DNA from: Myxococcota bacterium
Lineage (GTDB): Bacteria > Myxococcota_A > UBA796 > SXON01
Assembly: GCA_049322475.1 (NCBI GenBank)
Contig: JBMOQZ010000244.1
Span: 21,600-85,599, forward strand
Direction: 5' to 3'
DNA: 64,000 bases
Of the stretch, positions 22,361 to 32,538 are shown one piece after another. The first letter of the stretch is position 1; each line of letters opens with the position of its first letter. The position numbers and the translations under genes were made by a program. The notes beneath the pieces are model-generated. The model ran no database searches and was not told the origin of the DNA. It saw nothing but the letters and a program-made list of their open reading frames with translations.

Positions 22361-22415
22361 TTCTACCCCCGGTTCGGGTTTCCGCGTCCCGAGGCTGCAG
22401 GACGCGTGCCACCCC

Positions 22416-23855
22416 TCACCGGCCGGTGGTGAACCAGAAGGTGGCCCCCTCGCCGGGCGCGCTCGACGCCCAGAGGCGCCCGCCCATGCGCGCGATGGCT
22501 TTCTCCGCGAGCGCCAGCCCGAGACCGCGTCCCTCGAGCTCGGGGACCACGTTCAGCCGCTGGAAGGGCCGGAACAGCTCCCCCGCGTGCTCCATCGAGA
22601 AGCCCGGCCCGTTGTCCTTCACGTAGACGGCGTCCCGCCCGCCGATACGCTGGCGGCCCACTTCGATGCGCGCGCCTGCCGTGTCGCGCGTGAACTTCCA
22701 GGCGTTGTCGACGAGCTGGTGCACGGCGATGGCCAGGAGCCCGACGTCTCCTTCGACCTCCATCCCGTCGGCGACCGCGACCTCGACGGGGCGCTCGGGC
22801 TCCGCCTCACGCAGCCGCCCCAGTGCCTCGCGCGCAACCGACGAGACGTCGACGCGCGCGATCCGGACGTCCGCGCGCGCGATCTTTGCGAGCTCGAGGA
22901 TGCCGTCCACCAGCGCGCCGATCTGCCGGGCGTTGGTGGAGATGCGGGTCGCGTACCCCGCCAACGCCCCTTCGCCGTGCGTGTGCTCCTCGAGGATGAT
23001 GCGGCTGTAGGCGTCCAGCGCGCGGATCGGCGAGCGGAAGTCGTGGGCGACCGCGTAGGCGAAGCCGCCCAGCTCGCGAAGCGCGTACTCGGCCTCCGCC
23101 GCGCGCACGCGGGCGAGGTGCTCGAGGCGGAGGAGCCGGCCGAGGAGGAGCGAGAGCGTCACACCGGCGGCGAGCACGACCTCCGGGAGCGGCGTGCGCA
23201 GCACGGCCGCGTGCGCTCGGGTGGGACAGACGAAGATCTCCCAGACCAGACCCGCGTACGTCAGGGTGCTCGTGCCGCAGCGTTCCTCCCGCTCCCTCTC
23301 TCGGACCCGATGAATCGGTCCGCCCGCTTCGCGGACCTCGAGGTCGAAGTCTTCGGAGACGCCCACCAGGTCGACGAGCGCGGGCACGTCGAGGAGCATC
23401 GCGGCCGCGCCGCCGCCGTGCAGGGGGCGCCGGGCGAGGACACCCGCCGCGCCGTCGATGCGGACCGTCCGCAGCGGGGTCGCGCCGAGCGGCTCGCTCG
23501 CCGCGAGACCCGCCACGGCACCTCCCGGCACCTCCCACACGACGTGGTCGTCCTCGTCCAGACGCGCCATCGCATGGATGTCGGGGTGGTCCGCGACGGT
23601 CTCCGCCGCGTCCGACTCCCACTCCTCCCGTGCGGTGGCGCCTTCGATGTCCTTTCCGAAGCGATCCAGGATCCGGAGGCGCTCGCGCAACCGGGCGAGA
23701 ACCGCTTCGACGGCGACGGATGCGTGCGCCTCGGCGTCCTCCACCAGCTCGGCCTCCTCGTCGCGCGCGAGACCCCACCAGAGCGCGAAGGACACCCCGA
23801 TGCCCACGAGCGGGGCAAACCATTCTACGGTTGCGACGGCAACTCCTCGGGGCAT
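22416..23855 (-). CDS. Sensor histidine kinase
   Basis: Two TM helices, FAYAVAHDFRSP H-box, LVDNAWKF, DNGPGF, GLGLA. Confidence 0.9.
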   Translation of the reverse strand: MPRGVAVATVEWFAPLVGIGVSFALWWGLARDEEAELVEDAEAHASVAVEAVLARLRERLRILDRFGKDIEGATAREEWESDAAETVADHPDIHAMARLDEDDHVVWEVPGGAVAGLAASEPLGATPLRTVRIDGAAGVLARRPLHGGGAAAMLLDVPALVDLVGVSEDFDLEVREAGGPIHRVREREREERCGTSTLTYAGLVWEIFVCPTRAHAAVLRTPLPEVVLAAGVTLSLLLGRLLRLEHLARVRAAEAEYALRELGGFAYAVAHDFRSPIRALDAYSRIILEEHTHGEGALAGYATRISTNARQIGALVDGILELAKIARADVRIARVDVSSVAREALGRLREAEPERPVEVAVADGMEVEGDVGLLAIAVHQLVDNAWKFTRDTAGARIEVGRQRIGGRDAVYVKDNGPGFSMEHAGELFRPFQRLNVVPELEGRGLGLALAEKAIARMGGRLWASSAPGEGATFWFTTGR

Positions 23856-23885
23856 CCTGCATGGGTAGTCCCCGAACCCCCCGTT

Positions 23886-25241
23886 TCAGTCCCCCGCCTC
23901 CCCCATCCGCCGGTACAGCGTCCGCCGGTCGATCCCGAGCCGCCGGGCCGCCTCGGACATGTTCCCCCCGCAGGCGTCGACGACCTTGCGCATGTAGGAG
24001 ACTTCGACCTCCTCGAGCGGCATCCCGGCCGTCGCGGCCTCGTCGAGCGTGCGCCACGCCGCCGCGGGCGCCACCGCGTGCGCGCCGGCGACGTCGTCGA
24101 GCGTGATCGTGTCGTGCTCACCGAGGGCGACGGCGCGTTCGAGCACGTTCTGCAGCTCGCGCACGTTCCCGGGCCATGGCTGCGCACGCAGCCACGCGAC
24201 CGCCTCCTCCGCGATGCCGATCACCGGCCGGCCGAAACGCGCGCCGAGCCGGTCGAGGAACACGTCGACGAGCGCGTCCACGTCCTCGGGCCGCTCGCGC
24301 AGGGGCGGCACCTCGATGCGGATGACGTCGAGCCGGAAGAGCAGGTCCGCGCGGAAAGCGCGCTCCCGCACGGCCTCCGCGAGGTCGCGGTTGGTCGCGG
24401 CGACGATGCGCACGTCGACGGTCCGTTCGGCCGCGCCCCCGAGGGGCCGGATGCGGCCGGTCTCGAGCGCGTGCAGGAGCTTCGGCTGGGCGTCGAGCGG
24501 CAGCTCACCGATCTCGTCGAGGAACAGCGTGCCGGCGTTCGCGCGGACGAAGAGGCCGTCGCGGTCCTCGCGCGCGTCGGTGAACGCGCCGCGTCGCACC
24601 CCGAACAGCTCGCTCTCGACGAGGTTCGTCGGGAGGGCGGCGCAGTTGACCTGCTGGAAGGGCGCCTGCGCGCGGCCGCTGCGCGCGTGCAGGTAGCGCG
24701 CGAGGGTGCCCTTTCCCACGCCCGTCTCGCCCGTGAGGAGCACCGCCGAGTCCGCGCGCGCGGCCCGATCGGCGCGGTCGAGCACCCGCTTCATCGCGGC
24801 GGAGCGCGCGACGAGGCCGTCCGGCGCCTCTCCCCCGAGGGGCCGACGGACGCGCACGATCTCGCGACGCATCCGGCGCTCGCGGAGCGCGCGCTCGATC
24901 GCGAGCACGAGCACCTCGATGGCGAACGGCTTCGTCACGAAGTCGCACGCGCCCGCGCGTACGGCCTGGACGGCGAGCTCCACGCTGCCGAAGGCGGTGA
25001 TCAGCACGACGAGCTGGCCGGGCTTGCGGCGGTGCACCTCGGTCATCAGGTCCACGCCCCGCAAGCCGGGCATCTCCACGTCCGTGACGACGAGATCGAA
25101 GTCCTCGTCGAGGATGCGGCCGAGCGCCTCGGTGGCCACGGTGTTGCCCTCGACCGCGTACCCCTCGTCGGCGAGCTCCTCGACGAGCCACGCGACGATC
25201 TCGGCGTGGTCGTCGACCACGAGCAGGCGCGCGGGCGTCAC
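23886..25241 (-). CDS. Sigma54-dependent response regulator (NtrC family)
   Basis: REC (VVDD, TDVEMPG), GETGVGK, GAFTDA, WPGNVRELQN, HTH. Confidence 0.95.
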   Translation of the reverse strand: MTPARLLVVDDHAEIVAWLVEELADEGYAVEGNTVATEALGRILDEDFDLVVTDVEMPGLRGVDLMTEVHRRKPGQLVVLITAFGSVELAVQAVRAGACDFVTKPFAIEVLVLAIERALRERRMRREIVRVRRPLGGEAPDGLVARSAAMKRVLDRADRAARADSAVLLTGETGVGKGTLARYLHARSGRAQAPFQQVNCAALPTNLVESELFGVRRGAFTDAREDRDGLFVRANAGTLFLDEIGELPLDAQPKLLHALETGRIRPLGGAAERTVDVRIVAATNRDLAEAVRERAFRADLLFRLDVIRIEVPPLRERPEDVDALVDVFLDRLGARFGRPVIGIAEEAVAWLRAQPWPGNVRELQNVLERAVALGEHDTITLDDVAGAHAVAPAAAWRTLDEAATAGMPLEEVEVSYMRKVVDACGGNMSEAARRLGIDRRTLYRRMGEAGD

Positions 25242-26686
25242 GACGGGCTCCGCGGCAGCTCGACGGTGAACCGCGCCCCCTCGCCCGGCGTCGACGTGCA
25301 CGAGACGCGCCCCCCGTGCTCGTGCACGATGCCGCGCACGACCGCGAGCCCGAGCCCCGTGCCCCCCTGGTCCTCCCGCGTCGTGAATAGCGGCTCGAAC
25401 ACGCGCGCCCGCACCTCCTCGGTCATCCCCACTCCGTCGTCCTCCACCACGATGCGTACGCCCCCGTCGCCGCCCTCGACCCGCACGAGCACGCTCCCGT
25501 CGGGCCGCGCGGCGGCGAGCGCGTTCGTCGCGAGGTTGAGCAGCACCTGCTGGATCTGGTCAGGGTCGGCCTCGATGTGGACGGCCCCGAAGGACTCGAC
25601 CTCCACGCGCACGCCGCGGCGACGGGCCTCGATCTCGAGCAGCCCGAGCACGTCGCGCGCGGCGCCCGCCACGTCGACCTCCTCGCGACGCGGCGCGCGG
25701 CGACGGGTCAGCGCGAGGAGCTGCGCCACGATGCGCGTGATTCGCTCGGACTCGCGGACCAGAACCTCCGCGTGGCGCCGCGTCCGCTCCGCGTCCTCGG
25801 GACGCTCGGCGAGCGCACGCGCGCGGCCGTGGAGGACCTGCAGCGGCGAGCCGATCTCGTGCGCGACCGCAGCGGAGAGCTGCCCGACCGTGACGAGCCG
25901 GTTGGCGGCCTGAAGAGAGTGCGTCGCCTCGCGCCGGGCCTCGGCCTCATCGGCGGCGGCCCTCCGGGCCGACCGCAGCTCCGCGAGCATCCGGTTGAAC
26001 TCCGCGGCCAGCCCGGCGACCTCGTCGTCACCCTGCTCCGGGAGCGACGGCGCGAAGTCGCCCTCGCGGACCTTCCGCATCGCCCCGGCGAGCCGGTCGA
26101 GCGGCCGCCCGAGCCAGGTGCGCCCCACGAAGAGCCCCAGCGCGGAGGCGAGCAGCACGAAGGCGCCCACGGTCACGGCGATCGAGCCGGAGGTCTCCAG
26201 CAGGTCCTCGTTCACGTCGTCGATCGGGCGGACGAGCGCGAGCACGCCGAGCGCGTCGCCGTCGTCGGAGAGGAGCGGGGTCGCGTAGAGGATGGCGCGG
26301 GGGGCCTCCGCGGGGCGCCACGACATGCGCGGCTCCCCGGCGCGCGCGGCCTCGCCCACGACGGCCAGCAGGTCCGCGCGCAGGTCCCCCTGCGGCATCC
26401 CCGACGGCGCGGCCACCGGAGCCCCGTTCGGGTCGAACACGAGCACGTCGACGTCCGTGTCGACGCCCTCGACGCGGAGCGTGGTCTCCTGCACGTCCGC
26501 GAGCTGCCGGTCTCGGATCGCGTTCTCGACACCGACCCGGAGGCTCGACCCGAGGAACGTCACCTCGCGCGACACCGCAGCGCGCAGGTCCTCGCGCTCC
26601 TCTCGCACGAGCAGCGCCCCGGCGACCCCGAAGACGACGAGGCCGGCGAGGGCCGTGGTGGCGGTCAGCCGGGTGACGAGGCGCAT
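25238..26686 (-). CDS. HAMP-domain sensor histidine kinase
   Basis: TM-HAMP (DDEVAGLAAEFNRM), AHEIGSPL, NLATNA, DDGVGM, FTT, GTGLGL. Confidence 0.93.
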   Translation of the reverse strand: MRLVTRLTATTALAGLVVFGVAGALLVREEREDLRAAVSREVTFLGSSLRVGVENAIRDRQLADVQETTLRVEGVDTDVDVLVFDPNGAPVAAPSGMPQGDLRADLLAVVGEAARAGEPRMSWRPAEAPRAILYATPLLSDDGDALGVLALVRPIDDVNEDLLETSGSIAVTVGAFVLLASALGLFVGRTWLGRPLDRLAGAMRKVREGDFAPSLPEQGDDEVAGLAAEFNRMLAELRSARRAAADEAEARREATHSLQAANRLVTVGQLSAAVAHEIGSPLQVLHGRARALAERPEDAERTRRHAEVLVRESERITRIVAQLLALTRRRAPRREEVDVAGAARDVLGLLEIEARRRGVRVEVESFGAVHIEADPDQIQQVLLNLATNALAAARPDGSVLVRVEGGDGGVRIVVEDDGVGMTEEVRARVFEPLFTTREDQGGTGLGLAVVRGIVHEHGGRVSCTSTPGEGARFTVELPRSPS

Positions 26687-26788
26687 CTGGGGCGGAAGTG
26701 CTCAGGCGTGGGGCAGGAATGTACAGGGCTCCGAAGGGTCGTGCACGCCCGGCGGACGGGAGAACGCCGGAAACGTCGCGTTCGGCCT

Positions 26789-26804
26789 CGGCACGCGTCT
26801 TGCC
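26789..26804 (+). promoter_or_regulatory. Sigma54 (-24/-12) promoter for the thiol-redox operon
   Basis: CGGCACG-CGTC-TTGCC with exact GG-N10-GC spacing, about 30 bp before the ATG at 26834 and divergent from the sigma54 regulator operon. Confidence 0.7.
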
Positions 26805-26833
26805 CAAAGGCCCGGCCGGAGACCCGTCCCGTG

Positions 26834-27325
26834 ATGTTGCTCCCCCTGGTCGCGGCCGCCCTCGCCGCCCCCGAGATGATCCCGCTGGAGGTGTTCCAGC
26901 AGCTGACCGCCGAGGTCGACGTCGCCCCCGACATCGAGATCGAGCTACGCGACGGCGGTACCTTCCGCCTCGCCGAGCACCGCGGCAAGCGCGTGCTGCT
27001 CTCGTTCTGGGCGAGCTGGTGCGCGCCTTGCCGCAAGGAGCTGCCCGCGCTCTCCGAGTTCGCGAAGCAGCACCCGGACGTCGTGATCCTCGCCGTGAAC
27101 GTGGACCGCGACCGGAAGGACGCCCAGGGCTTCCTCGACAAGGTGCACTTCGACCTTCCCGTCGCCTTCGACCCCGACGCGAAGAACCTCGGCAGGTACG
27201 GCGTGGTGTCGATGCCGACGATGTTCCTCTTCGACAGGAAGGGTGCGCTCGCGTGGCGACACACCGGCTTCAGCGAGGAGAAGGGCTTCACGGAGCTCGA
27301 GGCGGCGCTCGGGGGTGCGAAGTGA
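26834..27325 (+). CDS. TlpA/ResA-like thiol-disulfide oxidoreductase
   Basis: FWASWCAPCRKELP, cis-Pro MPT; signal peptide. Confidence 0.92.
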   Translation: MLLPLVAAALAAPEMIPLEVFQQLTAEVDVAPDIEIELRDGGTFRLAEHRGKRVLLSFWASWCAPCRKELPALSEFAKQHPDVVILAVNVDRDRKDAQGFLDKVHFDLPVAFDPDAKNLGRYGVVSMPTMFLFDRKGALAWRHTGFSEEKGFTELEAALGGAK

Positions 27326-29157
27326 ACATCTTCGTGTTCCGCCGCATCGGGCTCTGGCTGCTCGTCCCGCTGATGCTCTTCGGCATCTTCGTGGGCGGGC
27401 TGATGACCTGGCACCACGACACCCAGCTCTACGGCGGCGAGGAGCAGAAGGGCGAGCTGATCGGCTGCACCGAGTCGGCCGAGGTCAACTGCGACATCGT
27501 CAACACCAGCGAGTACAGCGAGATCGCCGGCGTACCCATCGCGACGCTCGCCATCCCGTTCTACGCGACGGTGCTCGCGCTGGCCGTCTTCGGCATCCGC
27601 GGTCGCGAAGGCGCGCGCGCGCTCGTCGTGGCTGCCGGCGTCGTCGCGCTCGGGTACTCGGGTTTCCTCTTCTACATCTCGAAGACACAGCTGCACTACG
27701 TGTGCGCGTGGTGCATCCGGCTGTACTTCGTGAACGCGGGCATCCTCGTGCTCGGGCTACTCGGTGGAAAGCCGCGCTTGCCCGACAAGAACCTGCTCGT
27801 GGGGGTGGGCAGCCTGTACGTCGGGCTCCTGCTGCTGGCGGCGGGTGGGGAGCGCCTCTTCCGCGCCTCCCTCACGGGCGACGCGCCCACCGACATCGCG
27901 AAGGCGGGCACTAGCCATGCGCGTGACCCCGAGGGGCCAGCGCCCGGGTTCTCGTTCACCGTGAAAACCGAAGACGACAACGAGCGGACATTGACCCTGG
28001 ACCCGGACGACGCCTGGGTCGGCGACCGGGACGCGCAAGTGGCCGTCGTCATGTTCGGCGACCTCGAGTGCGGCTACTGCAAGCGCTCGTCAGCCGAGCT
28101 CGCGCGCCTCGAAGCGACCTACGGCGACCGCGTGCTCTTCGTCTTCAAGCACTTCCCGATGGACCCGGCCTGCAACCCCGGCGTGAAGAACAAGAAGCAC
28201 CGGGACGCCTGTCTGGCCGCGAAGGCGTCGGTGTGCGCGCAGGAGCAGGGCGTCTTCTGGACGTTCCACGACCTCGCCTACAAGAACCAGCACCAGCTCG
28301 GGCCGGAGTACCTGCGGACCTACGCGACGCAAGCGGGCGCGGACAGCGCGAAGTACGACGCCTGCATGGCCTCGGACGCCGCGATGCAGGTCGTCCGGCA
28401 CGACGCCGAGGTGGGCCAGAGCCTCGACGTCCACGGCACGCCGCGCATCTTCATCAACGGGAAGCTCTACCGCTCGGGCTCCTCCGCGGAGGTGATGGCG
28501 CGCGCGATCGAGGTCGCGTTGGGCGCCGACGCCCAGGTGGCGGCGAAGAACGCGGCGGCGCTCAAGGGTGCGGCCGCGGCGGTCGAAGCCGTCCCCGCGG
28601 ACGTGCCCGAGATGCGCGACGTCTCGGTGGGTGGCCTCTCCTTCCGCATGGACAGCTTCGAGGCCGCGATCGAGGAAGAGAAGGCGGTCTCCGCGAAGCA
28701 CGAGGTCCCCGCGCTGAAAGTCACGTGGTACCAGGCGAAGGAGGCCTGCGACAACGCCGGCAAGCGGCTCTGCACCGAGGAGGAGTGGGTCACCGCGTGC
28801 CAGAACGCACGCGCCGTCGACGACAACGGCAACGGCGAGCTCGCGGACGACATGATCGAGGGGACCGCCTACCCCTACGGCGACTTCCACGACGACGGCC
28901 GTTGCTGGGACGACAGAGCGGGCGACGACTTCCGGCCCGTCTACACCGGCGAGATGCCCGGCTGCGCGACCCCCACCGGGGTCTACGACCTCACGGGCAA
29001 CGTGGAGGAGTGGGTGGGCGAGTCCCCCGAGAAGGCGGTGCTGCTCGGCGGGGCGTGGGACACGAAGGACGACCACGCGCGCTGCTACCGCCGCAACGAC
29101 TCCTTCGGCGCCGGGTACGCGAACGCCCGGACGGGGTTCCGATGCTGCGCGAACTGA
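27322..29157 (+). CDS. VKOR - DsbA/Trx - FGE-sulfatase-like three-domain fusion
   Basis: VKOR loop Cys pair (C...NCDIVNTSEYS) and CAWC; DsbA CGYC, FKHFP, GTP; FGE-like RLCTEEEW, YPYG, GVYDLTGNVEEW, GFRCC. Confidence 0.88.
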   Translation: MNIFVFRRIGLWLLVPLMLFGIFVGGLMTWHHDTQLYGGEEQKGELIGCTESAEVNCDIVNTSEYSEIAGVPIATLAIPFYATVLALAVFGIRGREGARALVVAAGVVALGYSGFLFYISKTQLHYVCAWCIRLYFVNAGILVLGLLGGKPRLPDKNLLVGVGSLYVGLLLLAAGGERLFRASLTGDAPTDIAKAGTSHARDPEGPAPGFSFTVKTEDDNERTLTLDPDDAWVGDRDAQVAVVMFGDLECGYCKRSSAELARLEATYGDRVLFVFKHFPMDPACNPGVKNKKHRDACLAAKASVCAQEQGVFWTFHDLAYKNQHQLGPEYLRTYATQAGADSAKYDACMASDAAMQVVRHDAEVGQSLDVHGTPRIFINGKLYRSGSSAEVMARAIEVALGADAQVAAKNAAALKGAAAAVEAVPADVPEMRDVSVGGLSFRMDSFEAAIEEEKAVSAKHEVPALKVTWYQAKEACDNAGKRLCTEEEWVTACQNARAVDDNGNGELADDMIEGTAYPYGDFHDDGRCWDDRAGDDFRPVYTGEMPGCATPTGVYDLTGNVEEWVGESPEKAVLLGGAWDTKDDHARCYRRNDSFGAGYANARTGFRCCAN

Positions 29158-29807
29158 TGCGTGTCAGGATGTTTGCGGTCCTCGTCGGTCCCGTCCTCGT
29201 GGCGGCTTGCGGTGAGAAAATGTCCTCTCATGCCGACGAGGACCGCCTTCCCTCGGACGGCGGCGCGCCGGTGGAGGCCGCGGACGCGCAGCCTGCCGTC
29301 GAGGTCGTCGGCGAGGAGACGGACGAGCCCCCGACCACGGGCGCGATCTCGGGGAGGCCGGCTCCGCCGCTCGACCTGCCGTCCCTCGACGGCGACGCCG
29401 CGTGGGACCTCCACGCGACGCTCGATCCGACCGGGGCGTCCTGCCCGCAAGGGGTCCTGCTCGCGTTCATGGCGTCCTGGTGCGGCTACTGCCACCAGAG
29501 CCTCGCGACCCTGAAGGAGCTTCAGGACACCTTCCCGGAGCTCGCGGTCGTGGTCGTGGACGTGGACGACCGGGCCGAGGGCCAGCAGGCCGAGCTGACG
29601 AAGGTGCGAGACGCCGGCCTCACCGGTCCGGTCCTGCTCGCGGACGCGGCCACGCGCTCCGCGTGGCTCGGGCCCGGCGGCACCGTGCCGCGGTACGCCT
29701 TCGTGAACCGGATGGGCACGGTGGTGGCGCAAGACCGGGGCTTCGGCGACAAGGTGAAGCCGATGATGCCGGGCCAGGCCCGCCGCGCGCTGCTCGCGGG
29801 GCCGTAG
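29157..29807 (+). CDS. Second TlpA-like lipoprotein
   Basis: VAAC lipobox, APPLDLPSLDG, FMASWCGYC, VP. Confidence 0.85.
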   Translation: MRVRMFAVLVGPVLVAACGEKMSSHADEDRLPSDGGAPVEAADAQPAVEVVGEETDEPPTTGAISGRPAPPLDLPSLDGDAAWDLHATLDPTGASCPQGVLLAFMASWCGYCHQSLATLKELQDTFPELAVVVVDVDDRAEGQQAELTKVRDAGLTGPVLLADAATRSAWLGPGGTVPRYAFVNRMGTVVAQDRGFGDKVKPMMPGQARRALLAGP

Positions 29808-29848
29808 GGCGCCGCCGCGGTAGGCTGCTCCTCCCGGAGGCGGGCTCC

Positions 29849-31144
29849 TTGACCGAGATCTTCGTCATCCTCGCGCTGGTGCTGCTCAACGGAGTCTTCG
29901 CCGGCGCGGAGATCGCGATCCTGTCGCTCCGAAAGACGCGCCTCGCCGAGCTCGTCGAGGACGGGAGCAGCGCGGCGCGCGCCGTGGTCCGCCTGCGGGA
30001 GGACCCGGAGGCGTTCCTCGCCACCGTGCAGATCGGCATCACGGTGGTGGGCGCCACGGCGGCGGCGTTCGGCGGCGCCTCGCTCACCGCCGAGCTGGCC
30101 CCCCTGATCGCCGCGGTGCCGGGGCTCGCCCGCTTCGCGGACGACGTCGCCTTCGGCCTGGTCGTCGGCACCGTCTCCTTCCTGTCGCTCGTGCTCGGCG
30201 AGCTCGTGCCGAAGTCGCTCGCGCTGCGCGCGGGCGAGACCTACGCGCTCCTGATCGGACGGCCGCTGGCCGGGCTGGCCTGGTTCGGGCAGCCGGTCAT
30301 CGCGCTCCTGACCGGCACGTCGAACCTGGTGCTGCGCCTGTTCGGCGACCGAACGACCTTCAGCGAGACGCGCCTGTCGCGAGAGGAGGTCCAGCAGGTG
30401 GTCGAGGAGGCCGCGACTGCCGGCGCCGTCGACCCCCACGCGGGCGAGATCGCGTCGCGCGCGCTCGAGTTCAGCGCGCTCGACGCCTACACCGTGATGG
30501 TCCCGCGCGCCGACATCGTGATGGTGCCGAAAGACGCGGACGCCGCGGCCCTCGCGCGGGCGGCGCGGTCGAGCGGGCACGCGCGCCTGCCGGTCTACGA
30601 GGGCACGGTCGACAACGTCGTCGGCTTCGTCAACGCGCGGGAGGCGCTCGCCGAGGCCATTCTCGGTCCGTCGTGGAGCCTCGACGCCTTCCTGCACCCG
30701 GTCGTGTACGTGCCCGACGTGATGACGGCCCCGGTCGTGCTCCGGAAGCTGCAGTCCGAGCGCGCCCACCTCGCGCTCGTCATCGACGAGCAGGGCACGA
30801 TCAGCGGGCTCATCTCGATGGAGGACCTGCTCGAGGAGTTGGTAGGCGAGATCCTCAGCGAGAATGACAAGCCTCGGGCGAAGCTCGCCCGCGAGACCGA
30901 CGGGAGCTGGGTCATCGCCGGGAACGTGCCCCTGCACGAGGTCTCACGCGAGCTGGGCATCGAGCTGCCGGAGGGCGACTACTCGACGGTCGCGGGGCTG
31001 GTCATCGCGCTCGGGGGGCGCATCCCCGCGCCGGGCGAGCGGGTGACCACCGAGGAGGGCATCACGCTCGAGGTCGTCGAGTCCACGCCGAGGCGCGTGC
31101 GGACCGTGCGCATCCGGAGGTCGGCGCCGACCGAGCGCGTCTAG
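29849..31144 (+). CDS. CNNM/hemolysin-family protein (DUF21-CBS-CorC_HlyC)
   Basis: NGVFAGAEIA, TVQIGIT, GELVPKS, MVPR, EDLLEELVGEI, YSTVAG. Confidence 0.92.
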   Translation: MTEIFVILALVLLNGVFAGAEIAILSLRKTRLAELVEDGSSAARAVVRLREDPEAFLATVQIGITVVGATAAAFGGASLTAELAPLIAAVPGLARFADDVAFGLVVGTVSFLSLVLGELVPKSLALRAGETYALLIGRPLAGLAWFGQPVIALLTGTSNLVLRLFGDRTTFSETRLSREEVQQVVEEAATAGAVDPHAGEIASRALEFSALDAYTVMVPRADIVMVPKDADAAALARAARSSGHARLPVYEGTVDNVVGFVNAREALAEAILGPSWSLDAFLHPVVYVPDVMTAPVVLRKLQSERAHLALVIDEQGTISGLISMEDLLEELVGEILSENDKPRAKLARETDGSWVIAGNVPLHEVSRELGIELPEGDYSTVAGLVIALGGRIPAPGERVTTEEGITLEVVESTPRRVRTVRIRRSAPTERV

Positions 31145-31383
31145 GAGCGCGCCTACGGCTCGGTCCCGAGCGGCGAGTAGACCTCCGCGGTCCGCTTCCG
31201 GATGTACGCGAACAGGTCCTCCCGCCCCTGCACGCATGCCTCCGCGCCGCCTTCGCTGGGGGGGTCCGCGAGGCAGTCGGCCTCCGTGCGCTCGGCCTCG
31301 GCCTCGTGCCATGCGCGCCACGTCTCGGACTCCAGAACTGCGACACCTTCTGCGTTCTCGGGCGCCGGACGGCATCCCGGAGG

Positions 31384-31740
31384 TCAGACGAGGAGCGCCC
31401 GCACTGCGGCCATGAGCTCGCCCGTCGAGTAGGGCTTCGCGAGGAAGCGCTGGGCGGGACCGAGCGGCGAGGGCGCGGTCGCCCGCGCAGAGACGTAGAG
31501 GACCCGCTGCACGCCGTGGGCGTTCTCGATCTCCCGCACGAGCTGCGCGCCGCGCAGGCCCGGCAGGAGGAGGTCGACGACGAGGAGATCGAACGGGCCG
31601 TTTCGGGCGACGGATGCCAGCGCGGCTTCGGCGTCCCCTGAGGCGTACGCGCGGAAGCCATGACGCGTGAGGGTGTCCGCGACGAACTGGCGGCTGACCG
31701 GATCGTCGTCCACGACGAGCGCGCGTCGTTCCTCGGGCAT
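31384..31740 (-). CDS. Single-domain response regulator
   Basis: ALVVDDD, DLLLPG, LAKPY. Confidence 0.8.
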   Translation of the reverse strand: MPEERRALVVDDDPVSRQFVADTLTRHGFRAYASGDAEAALASVARNGPFDLLVVDLLLPGLRGAQLVREIENAHGVQRVLYVSARATAPSPLGPAQRFLAKPYSTGELMAAVRALLV

Positions 31741-31843
31741 TGCAGGATCTCTCCTCGCACCCTCGCAGTGCTGCGATCGGTTCGAATCACTCAGCGCACA
31801 TCTCCCGGAAAATCGGGTCCTCCACTGCCTGTCCGACGCCGCG

Positions 31844-32038
31844 ATGGCCCTCCTCGAGGTCGCCGAGGCGCAGGCGTACGACCACGGATGCGTCTGGTCC
31901 GCCGAGGAGGCCGAGAGCCTGCTCGCCGCGTCACGGAAGGCCGCCGCGGCCGTACGGGATCTCAACGGGTTCGCCGCGCGCGCCCGGGAAATCGAGAATG
32001 CGAGCGAGGCCATGCAGCGCGACGGCACGCACGTCTGA
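31844..32038 (+). CDS. Small hypothetical protein
   Basis: Short helical ORF; start uncertain. Confidence 0.3.
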   Translation: MALLEVAEAQAYDHGCVWSAEEAESLLAASRKAAAAVRDLNGFAARAREIENASEAMQRDGTHV

Positions 32039-32538
32039 GGTCCGGTCACCAACACTCGACGTGGACGTTCCCCGCCTCGTACGTGCGGTAGCCGGCGAAG
32101 CGTGGCGGGAGGCCCGCGCGCTCGAGCCGCTCCCGCACCCGTGCAACCACGTCAGCCGGCACGATGAGCCAGAGCGTTCCGGCATCGACGTCCCGTTCCT
32201 CGAGGATCGCGATCACGGGGTCGAGTACCGCCGTAGAGTCGGGGAAGACCACGTACATGACGTGCGCCGCCCGCACGCCGGTCGTGATCCACACGACACA
32301 CAGGCCCCCGAGCGGAGCTGGGGCGAGCACCGCCGGAAGACACCGGCCGTCTCGCGCTCCGCCACGATCGCCCGTCCCACCATCCACACATCCGGGCTTC
32401 GGGTCGGCGAGCGTCGAGTCGGCGGCGCGCATCGCCGCATCATCGCCAGTGAGAGCGCAGGGACGCAGGAGCCGGCCGTATGGACGATCGCCCGAAAACA
32501 CTCTGATCGCTGGACGCGGGCGGCGGCACGGCGTGCGC

